64,000 nt of DNA from Armatimonadota bacterium (GTDB taxonomy: Bacteria > Bacteroidota > Ignavibacteria > OLB7): positions 21,618 through 85,617 of the forward strand of contig JADZEY010000020.1 in NCBI GenBank assembly GCA_020850315.1. The letters run 5' to 3'. Both the position numbers and the translations under genes were made by a program. Under the pieces are notes generated by a model. The model worked only from the letters and a program-made list of their open reading frames with translations, made no database searches and had not been told where the DNA came from. Of this stretch, positions 38,307 through 47,013 are shown one piece after another (position 1 is the first letter of the stretch; each line of letters begins with the position of its first letter).

Positions 38307-39122
38307 TTACTCAAGCCCGGGCGATGCCACTGGTGGCTCGATTTTCCGAACCGTCGTTACGGTATCTATCTGGGTTGGGGCTATCGCTTCCACTTGGGCG
38401 GGGAGCGTGGTGACAACTGTGTTCAGCAGCGGCTGTGCGGTAATGGCTGCTCTATTGTTCTGTCGCTGAGGCGGCATGATGGTGGTGGTGCGTGGCTCCA
38501 CTGGTTCGCTTGCAACCACACGGCTTGGGCGGCGGTTGGTGGCGATTCGGCTACCACGTGGTTCCACTGCTGGGGCCTGGATTGCCACAACTTCTTCGTA
38601 CGTCAGCCCAGAATTGTCAATCCATTGTTTCAGCTCCGGCGCGTCAATCTGGCGGATTGCCGCGAAGTGGTAGCGGCTGTTGATTTCCTCGGCAACCTTG
38701 CGTCCCAGCGATTGCTCCACCAAATACCCCACCGCGCAGATGTTCCCGTCCAGGTCAATAAACACTGGCTCCCACGCGCCGGGATGTTCGTAGTTCATGG
38801 GGTATTCACCACGCTGCCAGTAATCGCGAAGCCGGTCAAGATTGCGGGCGCGTTCGGCTTGCAGTTCGGGCCTCATCCAGCTTGCGTCGTGGCTGCGCAG
38901 CAACCCCTCCACTGCTTGTATCCGGCGCGTGTGGTTGGCGTGTTGCAGCGCAAGGTCGCCTTTGATTTCTGGGGATAGCTGGTTGAATTGAATATCGGTG
39001 GTGATGATTGTTGAGGGGCGGTTGCCCACAACTTCGGACGGAGGAATCGGTGTGGTGCTGCTGAAGAATGATGCCAGCGAAACGATGCCAGCAGCAATGG
39101 CGGATACGATTGGAATGTTCAT
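38307..39122 (-). CDS. Hypothetical secreted/membrane-anchored protein (271 aa); last gene of the unknown operon
   Basis: N-terminal hydrophobic signal/anchor MNIPIVSAIAAGIVSLASFF with protein-like composition. The opposite-strand ORF 38265..38978 has an antisense-like composition (C/H/W/R rich). No family recognised. Confidence 0.5.
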   Translation of the reverse strand: MNIPIVSAIAAGIVSLASFFSSTTPIPPSEVVGNRPSTIITTDIQFNQLSPEIKGDLALQHANHTRRIQAVEGLLRSHDASWMRPELQAERARNLDRLRDYWQRGEYPMNYEHPGAWEPVFIDLDGNICAVGYLVEQSLGRKVAEEINSRYHFAAIRQIDAPELKQWIDNSGLTYEEVVAIQAPAVEPRGSRIATNRRPSRVVASEPVEPRTTTIMPPQRQNNRAAITAQPLLNTVVTTLPAQVEAIAPTQIDTVTTVRKIEPPVASPGLE

Positions 39123-39334
39123 GGTCTGCGTCTCTCCTTTCGGTTGTTTGGATCAAGATTCTGGTCTGTTCTGTTTCCATCAGCACAACTCCATCAGCAC
39201 AAACTGCTTTCACGACGCAGGGGATGTTGTGGCGTAACATGGGGGACACGATGAAATTTTGCGTGCAAAAAAACGCCGAGGGGGTCAGCCACGGCGAAAG
39301 AATGGAGAAGGTGATGCGGCTACTCAGTCTCTCA

Positions 39335-39682
39335 TCACCAAAGCATCCATCGGGGTCTTTCCGGCGGGGGCTGTTCCACAAAAACATCATCACCATCCAC
39401 CACCACCTTGTAGGTTTTCAGCCGGGCCCCGCCAACAACTGGGTTGCCTGTCCGGAGGTCGTAGGTCCAGCCGTGCAGCGGGCAAGCAACGGTGCAATCT
39501 TCAATAAAGCCATCGGCAATTGCAGGTGCGTGCTGGTGGGGGCAGATATTGCTGACGGCATAGACCACGCCATCAATCCGGAACAGAGCAAGCTCGGTAT
39601 CATCATCCAACCAAACGCGGGTTCCGCGCCGGCTGGATAATTCACGAATCGAACACACACGAAGCAGTTGAGGTTCGGACAT
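39335..39682 (-). CDS. Rieske [2Fe-2S] domain protein (NirD / small Rieske ferredoxin-like)
   Basis: CPH-x16-CPLH ligand boxes: NICPHQHAP...VACPLHGWTY. Confidence 0.85.
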   Translation of the reverse strand: MSEPQLLRVCSIRELSSRRGTRVWLDDDTELALFRIDGVVYAVSNICPHQHAPAIADGFIEDCTVACPLHGWTYDLRTGNPVVGGARLKTYKVVVDGDDVFVEQPPPERPRWMLW

Positions 39683-39735
39683 ACGGGGAAACTCGGGGGA
39701 GGGGAATCAGTTGGGTTAACGTTCTACATCTGTTG

Positions 39736-42700
39736 TTAAATCTCCACCGCATCCGCATACACAACCCGGCGGCCATAGCGGCGTTGGGAGATTGTTTGGC
39801 CCGCCCCGCCTCCGGTTTTGTAGGCTACCTCCATGTTGATATGCCGCTCGTATTCCTTCACCACCAAACGGTACGGACGGCTGCCGCGTGGTTCGGGAAG
39901 GGTGATTACGCCGCTCCAGAGCAGCGGAGCTAAGTCGTCGGTGATCTTGTGCGGAAGCAGTTGGATGTCCGCATCCGGCACCGGAACCCATCCCAAATCG
40001 GGGTCGCTGATGTCGCTGCGGCGGGTCTCGACAATCACCTCGAAATCCCCACCATCGCGCTGTGCTTCGGATTTGTTGAACGTGGGGCCAGCAATGGCAA
40101 CACCAATTTTCCGTGGATTCCCTGCGTCGGGGCCGATGGTCATCAGACGGTCGGGGGCAATCTGTGCGAAGTCGGCAAGCACCACCCGCGAGACGAACGC
40201 ATTCTTCACGCTGTTCGGCTGGTACCGCACCAACGCCAGCCGGATAAATGGATAGTAGCTTGGCCCAACATCAATCTGGATATCGCAATACCAGAGCTGG
40301 CGGACTTCATCATACTCCACTTTATGCCCCAACACCGCCAGCGTCGGCTTGGCGGGGATGTAGCTGAGTTCGGGCATGATGGCCAATTCAGCCTTGTCGG
40401 CAAACTCAAGCTCCCGCACCGCTTTCACCCGCGCCTCAGCTTGCGAAAAGTCCAACCGTGGTTGCAGGCTCTTCATGTACAGATCAGCCTTCCGCCACGT
40501 TCCCTTTTTTGCTTCCCCTTGTTCCATGGCCTCTTTTTTTGCGGTCTCTTTTTTTGCGACCTCCTTTTCTGCGGTCTCACTCCCCTGCTTCTTTTTGGTG
40601 TTCAGATAGGCTTGCACAATCGCTTCGTGCTGCTCGGAGGTTGCCAGCGTGGTTTTTTCGGCGGGTTCCTCGCTGCCGGGAATTTCTTCCAGCGACACGC
40701 CGTAGCGATCCTGATGCCACGCCTTGAAGTCGGCGGCTTTCGGGCTTCCGGTGGGGGGGAAGGATGACCAAATTGGATCGGCCCCCCACTGGGTGACGTA
40801 GGGGAGGTACTGCTTCGGGATGTCGGAAAACGCCCCAGTCCAGATCAGCACTCCAAGCCGTTCTTCGTCGCCGGAACTGAACCACGGGCGGTCCAGATAG
40901 ACCCGCAACCCGCCCCCTTTCCGCGCACTGGCAACCGTGGCCCCTTCGGCCTTGGATCCCCAGCCAAATGTTGGAAGGATGTACAGGAGCTTTGGGGCAT
41001 CGGGGCGGGCCGAACTCAAGATTTTTTTCTCCACCATCTCCGAATTCCGCGAGATGTTGTTCTCCACTTTTTGCGGATCATCTGGGTCCGGTTTCAGCAA
41101 TTCCGGCGGCAGATATTCACGGAACCGAGTGGTGGCGTTGATGAAGTAGCGGACCTTCCGGTACTTGGTGTCGCCGAACTCATGCCGCCGCTCGAAATAG
41201 ATATGTGGAGCCTTCGGGTCGTCAACCAACAGCTCACAGACGGTAGCCTTGCCGGGGATCATCTCCCACTTCGGCTTCGATAACGGATCCACTGGTTCTT
41301 CCCACTCGGCGCGGACCTCGGCCCGTGCTGTGGATTTGCAACTGAGCAGCAGTTTGTCGGCCAGCGTGGCGTAGGTGTTCCCAAGAAATTTGCGAACACC
41401 CAAGCTGTCGAACTTCGGGACCCCAAGTGGTTGCTGCGTTGCGTGCACAAACTCTATCGTCCGGTACGGGGTCAGCATCCAAAGCCGCCCGAACTGTGCC
41501 ATTGTGGCAAGCTGCGATAGCGCCGGTGGGTTCAGCTCCTCAATCCAGCTCCAAGCTCCCAACAGCTTCAAGGCTTTTTTCCCGAACACCGATGCGTAGC
41601 GGCAACGGAAAACATCACCTTTGGGAAGGAAGAGGGTGAGCATCCGTTCGCTCGCGCTCCACTCCGGCAGCTTCCCTGCGGCTCCTTCGCGCAGTTGCAA
41701 TCGGAAGGGGAGTTTCTGATACCACTCCCCGCCATCCCCGAAGGCAATCGCCACCGCACCGTTTGGCGCGGAAAGCGGTGGGCCGGGGATTGCAGCTATC
41801 GGCTCGGCCTCCCCTTTGGCCGGAATCATCATCACTTTTCCGGCGGGAATCCCCGGCACGTTGAAGAAGATCACCCCCTCGGCAAGCGGGTCGGGGAGGT
41901 AGGGAAGCTCCCCGATCTGAGTCTCGGTTGCGATTGGGTTGGGCGGGTTCTTGTCCGATGCCGAACCGATCTGTTGGAATCGCCCCTCCTTGCTGGCAAT
42001 CAACTCATACTGTGCTATCAGCGTTGCGTCGTTGGCCAAATCGTCCGCCGGAAGGTCGAACACTCCGTGCGTCTCGGCATCAAGCTGGGCAATGGCTGGC
42101 GGTGTGATGTGGCGTTGGCTGGCGGCATCGGTTGGGGTGGTGTCCAGCGGCTGGCTGCTGTTCATGCTGCGGATCACCAGCCGCTCCAACGATTCGCCGG
42201 GAAGCGTATCAATCGCCTGCTTCAGCACCACAAACGGGTGCGAGACCGGCTCGAATCGGCGATAGATCACCGGCGGCGTTGCCCACTGGGTGTCCGATTG
42301 CGGAAGCGATTTCACGGTTGGCCCGTTCCCTGCCAAATCCACCGCACGGATGCGAATCCGGTACTCCCTCCCGAACCGCAGCATCGGAAGCGACCCCGGG
42401 ATCACGTGGAAGCTGGTCCGGAGTTTGAAGTCGTCGGAAAATTCGTTCGGCGCACGGACTACCTTGCCGTCGTTATCCACCGCCGCGCCGGGGCGTGGGA
42501 CGCTTAGGCTCCACCCTTCCCATGTCCCCATGGATTCGGCCAGGAACAGGTCGTTGGAGGAACCATCGGATGATTCCGTTGTTGCCGTTTGGATGAACCC
42601 TTCATCCTGATGCTCCTCGGCAATGCCAGCCCCGGTGAACTCATACCGCCCTGTCCGCTGGTGCAGTGAGAACCACTGGTTGGCCCCAACATCCAGCACG

Positions 42701-43986
42701 TCCACACGATAGCCACGGATAAGGTCCTCGGCGTAGAACAACGGATCTGTCCCCGACTCCAACTCCGTCCGTTTCTGCGTTGCCGATTTCAGTATTCCCG
42801 CCAGCCGCAGTGCCCTTCCCGTTCGGACGATGGAGATGCCGCCGGTGCGTGGGGCGGGGATGCTGCTGTTGGTGGGGGAGTCGGTGGTGGCGCGCCCCTG
42901 GCGTGCCGAAAGGTTGTAGGCAGCGTTGTGCAGCTTCATCGCCATCCCCTGAACATCCACTTGGACTAAGTGGTAGGCGGGTTGCTTCTGCTGGTCGTTC
43001 GGCAGGGGGTCGCTAAGGCGTATCGCGCCGCTTTCGGCAACCTCCGGCATTGCTGGGCGCGGCTGGGCGATAAATCCGGCATCGAAATACTTGAAGGCGG
43101 TACGCGGCGTGCGGTCCTTTTTGGGCAGCGAAGGAAGGCCGCTTGGCCAGATTGGGATCACTTTGATTTGCCCCGTTGCCGGAAACGCCCCGCCGCTGGG
43201 GATCACCTCCAGATCGAACACCAACCCAAGCCTGCGAAGCATTGATGGATACGCCCCCAACATCGCTACCATCTGGTGGAAATCCAGCTCCGGCGGGTTG
43301 ATAACGCTTTTGCGATGCTGCCCTGTCCGCACAACATTCACCTTGTTGTGAACCGCCGGGGTGTCCGGATCTTTCTTGTTTTTTGGAGCAAAGAAATGCT
43401 GAAGCTGCGCAAAATCTGTGGCGGGGTCTGGGGGGCCGGGGGGGATTGCGCCTAACTTCCTCATCACGGGACGGAACGTCTCGATGATGTTCTTCTCCGG
43501 GGTGGTTCCCACGGTGGAGTTCACCAGTGGATTGCGGTAGGTGTTGATTGGCCCAAGCTGCTTGGCAAGCTCCTCCACGCTGGGGAATTCTTCCGACGCA
43601 CCAAATGCTTGATAGACCTGTTTCAGATAGCCCAGCACGTTGGCCATTGGGTAGCTGAAAATCAAGCGGTTATCCAGCTGATCGAATTGGTACGGGCGGA
43701 CGTAGGTTGTTTTGGGGAACAGTGCTTTCCAGAGCTTCGATTCGGCGGCCAGATTGGGGGCGGGAAGGAATGGTTTGCAGGTGAAAGTGCTGCCGCCAAC
43801 GCTGGCCTGAAACTCCAGTTTGGCCAGCGTGGCGGGCCAATCCAGAAAATCATTGAACTGGCCAAGCTGCTCCGGGATAACATCGGTCTTCAGTTGCGGC
43901 GCAACAACAACGGAAAGGATTGGGTTGCCGCTTCCTTTGGCAATGCTGCGTGGCAGTGCTGTCCATAATATGCTTTGCTCGATCAT
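39736..43986 (-). CDS. Giant hypothetical protein (1416 aa) with no recognisable catalytic motifs, signal peptide or TM segments
   Basis: Uninterrupted 4.25-kb ORF with balanced protein-like composition. The antisense ORFs over it have typical GC-artefact composition. It has no Walker A, HExxH, YD/RHS or CxxCH motifs, and contains an internal K/E-rich low-complexity stretch (KKKQGSETAEKEVAKKETAKKEAMEQGEAKK). Confidence 0.7.
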   Translation of the reverse strand: MIEQSILWTALPRSIAKGSGNPILSVVVAPQLKTDVIPEQLGQFNDFLDWPATLAKLEFQASVGGSTFTCKPFLPAPNLAAESKLWKALFPKTTYVRPYQFDQLDNRLIFSYPMANVLGYLKQVYQAFGASEEFPSVEELAKQLGPINTYRNPLVNSTVGTTPEKNIIETFRPVMRKLGAIPPGPPDPATDFAQLQHFFAPKNKKDPDTPAVHNKVNVVRTGQHRKSVINPPELDFHQMVAMLGAYPSMLRRLGLVFDLEVIPSGGAFPATGQIKVIPIWPSGLPSLPKKDRTPRTAFKYFDAGFIAQPRPAMPEVAESGAIRLSDPLPNDQQKQPAYHLVQVDVQGMAMKLHNAAYNLSARQGRATTDSPTNSSIPAPRTGGISIVRTGRALRLAGILKSATQKRTELESGTDPLFYAEDLIRGYRVDVLDVGANQWFSLHQRTGRYEFTGAGIAEEHQDEGFIQTATTESSDGSSNDLFLAESMGTWEGWSLSVPRPGAAVDNDGKVVRAPNEFSDDFKLRTSFHVIPGSLPMLRFGREYRIRIRAVDLAGNGPTVKSLPQSDTQWATPPVIYRRFEPVSHPFVVLKQAIDTLPGESLERLVIRSMNSSQPLDTTPTDAASQRHITPPAIAQLDAETHGVFDLPADDLANDATLIAQYELIASKEGRFQQIGSASDKNPPNPIATETQIGELPYLPDPLAEGVIFFNVPGIPAGKVMMIPAKGEAEPIAAIPGPPLSAPNGAVAIAFGDGGEWYQKLPFRLQLREGAAGKLPEWSASERMLTLFLPKGDVFRCRYASVFGKKALKLLGAWSWIEELNPPALSQLATMAQFGRLWMLTPYRTIEFVHATQQPLGVPKFDSLGVRKFLGNTYATLADKLLLSCKSTARAEVRAEWEEPVDPLSKPKWEMIPGKATVCELLVDDPKAPHIYFERRHEFGDTKYRKVRYFINATTRFREYLPPELLKPDPDDPQKVENNISRNSEMVEKKILSSARPDAPKLLYILPTFGWGSKAEGATVASARKGGGLRVYLDRPWFSSGDEERLGVLIWTGAFSDIPKQYLPYVTQWGADPIWSSFPPTGSPKAADFKAWHQDRYGVSLEEIPGSEEPAEKTTLATSEQHEAIVQAYLNTKKKQGSETAEKEVAKKETAKKEAMEQGEAKKGTWRKADLYMKSLQPRLDFSQAEARVKAVRELEFADKAELAIMPELSYIPAKPTLAVLGHKVEYDEVRQLWYCDIQIDVGPSYYPFIRLALVRYQPNSVKNAFVSRVVLADFAQIAPDRLMTIGPDAGNPRKIGVAIAGPTFNKSEAQRDGGDFEVIVETRRSDISDPDLGWVPVPDADIQLLPHKITDDLAPLLWSGVITLPEPRGSRPYRLVVKEYERHINMEVAYKTGGGAGQTISQRRYGRRVVYADAVEI

Positions 43987-44074
43987 CGTTTGCTCCGTGT
44001 GATAAATGCCCCCTGAAATTACACGACTTGCCGAGAAGAGTGAGTAGGGTAGAGGTGGAGAAAACCGAAACGGA

Positions 44075-44085
44075 GGGGGGGGGGG
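44075..44085. repeat. G11 (C11 on the coding strand) homopolymeric tract between the 253-aa gene and the giant gene
   Basis: cggagggggggggggaagcg. It lies in the 105-bp spacer between the stop at 44091 and the giant gene start at 43986. Confidence 0.8.
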
Positions 44086-44090
44086 AAGCG

Positions 44091-44851
44091 CTACCCCACC
44101 ACAATTTTCCGAACCCGTTGTTGAAGGTTCAGCCCGTTGTTATCGCCCCAGGCGGTTTCGTAGTTGTTGGTGAATCCCAACTGGCCGTAGCCGCGCACTT
44201 CGGCAATTTGCGATTCTTCGTCAAGGTCATCGAAATCATCCACCGTTTGGGTGAAGCCAGGATGCTCGTCGTACTTGGCAGGGTTCACCACGGCGAACAC
44301 TTGCGGCGGATCCAGCGGCATCGGCTGGTTTGCCACGGTTGGCCACGCATCTTCTGGCCGCACAATCACTTCGCCGTTTTTGAACATCGCTTTTTTTGTC
44401 AGGATGAACCGCCCCTCATCCTCAACATGGAACTCTGCTTCTGTGGCAAGGGTGCTGCATTTCAGCAGGAACTCGCACAGCAGATAAGCATTGAACTCGT
44501 TATCGGCAACGTGGGTGATCCCGCTGGCAACCGAGCCATCGCGAACGCCCCCCCAGCGGACAGTGAACAACCCTTCTTCCTCCATTGCCCGGATTGCCGC
44601 AAGCTCATCCTGAAGCTCAATTTTTTTGGCCAGCAGCCGCTTCCGGAAATGGTAGCGCGCCACGTGGTAGGGCATTTCGGGTATGTGATCGTAATTCGGG
44701 AACAGGATGTACCGCTTCAGCCCGATGCGGTCGCAACTCCAGATAAATTCGGAGTTGTACCAGTGCTGCAATCGGGCAAGCTCCTTCCAGATAGCACTGG
44801 GCAGAAGGTCCCCACCGGTGTCGGGAACGTAGTAGCGAAGTGCGCGTGGCA
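44091..44851 (-). CDS. Hypothetical protein (253 aa); first gene of the operon containing the giant protein
   Basis: Start MPRALRYYVPDTGGDLLPSAIWKELARLQHWYNSEF... (complement of ATG about 44849-44851), 25 bp downstream of the ribE stop. The N-terminal 116 codons of ORF 44091..45200 overlap ribE and are non-coding. The antisense ORF 43920..44861 was rejected. Confidence 0.55.
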
Positions 44852-44875
44852 TAGTGTGTGATTGCGGCGATTGAT

Positions 44876-45508
44876 TTAGTACCCCAATTCTTTCAGCCGC
44901 TGCTCGGTCAGCCCGCTGTTGGCTGGGGCCACAAGGTTGCGGATGTACTTCCCCAGCATGTCGAACTCTATATTGACCGAGTCCCCTTCGCGCAGGTCGC
45001 GGAAGGTTGTTGCCGAGAAGGTGTGGGGGATGATGGAAACCATGCAGGCCCCTTCCCGCACCTGCGCCGCCGTCAGCGAAACGCCGTTGATGGCAATGGA
45101 CCCCACCGGAATCACCAGCGGCGCGAAATCGTCGGGATAGCCAACCCAGTACAGCCACGAGCTTTCGCGGGTGGCGGCCTCGATCACTCTTCCAACACAA
45201 TCCACGTGGCCCTGCACAAAATGCCCGCCAATCCTGTCGCCAACCCGCAGTGCCCGCTCAAGGTTCACGGGGGTTCCGTTGGTGAAACTCCCCAGCGTGG
45301 TCTTCTTCAGCGTCTCCTCCACAGCAACCACCGCGAACCAATCGGGCCCGCGCTCCACCACGGTTTGGCAGCATCCATTCAGGGCAATGGAGTCGTCAAT
45401 GTCTAGGTCGTCCATCACGCGGCTTCCGGTGACTTCAAGGCGCACCGAACCTCCATCGCGAGTTGCCCTGCGGATGGTTCCGATCTCTTCCACTAATCCG
45501 GTGAACAT
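44876..45508 (-). CDS. ribE: Riboflavin synthase alpha subunit
   Basis: MFTGLVEEIGTI... and the duplicated-barrel architecture are diagnostic of riboflavin synthase (RibE/RibC). Confidence 0.95.
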   Translation of the reverse strand: MFTGLVEEIGTIRRATRDGGSVRLEVTGSRVMDDLDIDDSIALNGCCQTVVERGPDWFAVVAVEETLKKTTLGSFTNGTPVNLERALRVGDRIGGHFVQGHVDCVGRVIEAATRESSWLYWVGYPDDFAPLVIPVGSIAINGVSLTAAQVREGACMVSIIPHTFSATTFRDLREGDSVNIEFDMLGKYIRNLVAPANSGLTEQRLKELGY

Positions 45509-45535
45509 GGCTGGTGTGTGTGGTTTTGATGCTGC

Positions 45536-45814
45536 CTAACTGTATTTCAGCATAGCGATTTCATCCTCAATCACCTCACGCAGTGCTGGCTTGATAAAAC
45601 GATCATCAATCCCAATCGAGTGAAGCGACCGGGCGATGACGTGGATGCGCCTTCCCATATCGTGGCGGCGGTTGACAAGGATCACGCGTTGGCTTTTAAC
45701 AGTGCAGAGACCTCCATCGAAGTCCCCAAGTTCCGAGCGGATGGCAAGGCCCATCTCCTGTGCGAGCATCTTCAGCTCGTCGTAAATTTCTTGGTGAGTC
45801 ATAGGTGATGGCAA
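45536..45814 (-). CDS. Small conserved hypothetical protein (92 aa)
   Basis: Protein-like composition (MPSPMTHQEIYDELKMLAQEMGLAIRSELGDFDGGLCTVK...). Its stop lies 28 bp before the ribE start. Confidence 0.45.
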   Translation of the reverse strand: MPSPMTHQEIYDELKMLAQEMGLAIRSELGDFDGGLCTVKSQRVILVNRRHDMGRRIHVIARSLHSIGIDDRFIKPALREVIEDEIAMLKYS

Positions 45815-45843
45815 AATAAAATTTTGGGGGTGTTGGGCAAGAG

Positions 45844-45922
45844 GGAATGGTGAATGGTGAATGGTGAATGGTGAATGGTGAATGGTGAATGAAGCATGGC
45901 CTCTTTGCTACTGACCACTGAC
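45844..45922 (+). repeat. Composite heptamer repeat element (full copy): (TGGTGAA)x6, an 18-bp linker, then (ACTGACC)x2
   Basis: agggaatggtgaatggtgaatggtgaatggtgaatggtgaatggtgaatg aagcatggcctctttgct actgaccactgacc. It sits in the divergent region between the 92-aa gene and hemH. Confidence 0.8.
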
Positions 45923-45990
45923 CAATCCCCCAAACCGCATTATTTTCAACTACAGACACCCCCTCTTCCCCTGAAACCGTATTTTCCCGC

Positions 45991-47013
45991 ATGGAACAGA
46001 TCGGAGTGATCTTGCTGAATCTTGGCGGCCCCGACTCGCTTGAGGCGATCCGCCCGTTTTTGCGTAATCTTTTTCTTGACCCAGAGATCATCAAAATCCC
46101 GCTGCCGGGGCCGTTGGGAAGGCTGTTCCCACGGCGGTTGTTTGCGGAGTTCGTCTCGTGGCGGCGCACCCCAAAAGTGCGGCCCAACTACCAGCAGATT
46201 GGGGGGAAGTCGCCGTTGGTGGAGCGGACAGTGGAGCAAGCCGAAGCCTTGCAGGCGGAGCTGAACCGCCGATTTGCTGGGAAGGCACAGTTCCATGTGA
46301 AGTTAGGGATGCGCTACTGGCATCCGTTCACGGTGGTTGCCGCCCAGGAGTTCCGGCGGCAGGGGATTCGCAACGTTTTTCTGCTGCCGCTCTATCCACA
46401 GTATTCCCGCACCACAACTGGCTCCAGTGCAAAGGAGTGGCGTGATCTTCATCGGGACAACTTTGGCCGTTGCTTCCGGGTGAAATCGGTTCGCGATTAC
46501 TACCGCCACCCGCAGTACATCGCCTCGATTAACGAGCGCATCGAAGCCACGCTGCAAGCAAAATTCACTCAGGCCGAGCGGCGCAACCTTCATATCCTGT
46601 TCTCGGCCCACGGCACTCCAGTTTCCGAAGTAGAAACTGGCGATCCGTATTCAGGGCAAATTCGGAAAACTGTGGAGTTAGTGATGCAGCTTCGGGGGAA
46701 CGACTATCCCCACCACCTCTCGTTCCAAAGCCGTGTTGGCCCGGTGGAGTGGTTGCAGCCGTACACGCAGGATAAACTTGCTGAGTTAGGGAAAAGCGGA
46801 GTGAAAAGCCTGCTGGTGGTTCCTGTGGCGTTCGTCACCGATCACATCGAGACGCTGCATGAGATTGACATCGAGCTTCGCGAAGAAGCCGAACATGCAG
46901 GCATCGAAAAATATGAAGTGATGTACGCCCTGAACGCCGAACCCCCGTTCATCGCCGCCCTTGCTGATGTTGTAGAAGCGAGGTATGTGGGAAGGATGAA
47001 GAGTGAAGAGTGA
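45991..47013 (+). CDS. hemH: Ferrochelatase
   Basis: Ferrochelatase family: ...GVILLNLGGPDSLEAIRPFLRNLFLDPEII... and C-terminal ...VPVAFVTDHIETLHEIDIE. The last five codons (MKSEE) are encoded by the heptamer repeat. Confidence 0.9.
   Translation: MEQIGVILLNLGGPDSLEAIRPFLRNLFLDPEIIKIPLPGPLGRLFPRRLFAEFVSWRRTPKVRPNYQQIGGKSPLVERTVEQAEALQAELNRRFAGKAQFHVKLGMRYWHPFTVVAAQEFRRQGIRNVFLLPLYPQYSRTTTGSSAKEWRDLHRDNFGRCFRVKSVRDYYRHPQYIASINERIEATLQAKFTQAERRNLHILFSAHGTPVSEVETGDPYSGQIRKTVELVMQLRGNDYPHHLSFQSRVGPVEWLQPYTQDKLAELGKSGVKSLLVVPVAFVTDHIETLHEIDIELREEAEHAGIEKYEVMYALNAEPPFIAALADVVEARYVGRMKSEE

Noticed and set aside
38265-38978. 237-aa plus-strand ORF opposite the 271-aa hypothetical gene
   Set aside because: Trp/Cys/His/Arg-rich junk-like sequence. 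The minus-strand product has a signal anchor and is followed by a minus-strand terminator hairpin.
41695-42507. 270-aa plus-strand ORF, and several smaller ones, inside the giant gene
   Set aside because: The minus-strand 4.25-kb ORF is uninterrupted and protein-like. The plus-strand ORFs are short, Arg/Gly/Cys/His-rich and fragmented.
43920-44861. 313-aa plus-strand ORF overlapping the 253-aa hypothetical gene and the start of the giant gene
   Set aside because: Cys/His/Arg/Val-rich antisense-type composition. The minus-strand product has balanced composition and sensible operon spacing to ribE and the giant gene.
45508-45536. An FMN riboswitch upstream of ribE
   Set aside because: Only 28 bp separate ribE from the upstream gene, so there is no room for an RFN element. 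ribE appears to be co-transcribed with the 92-aa gene.
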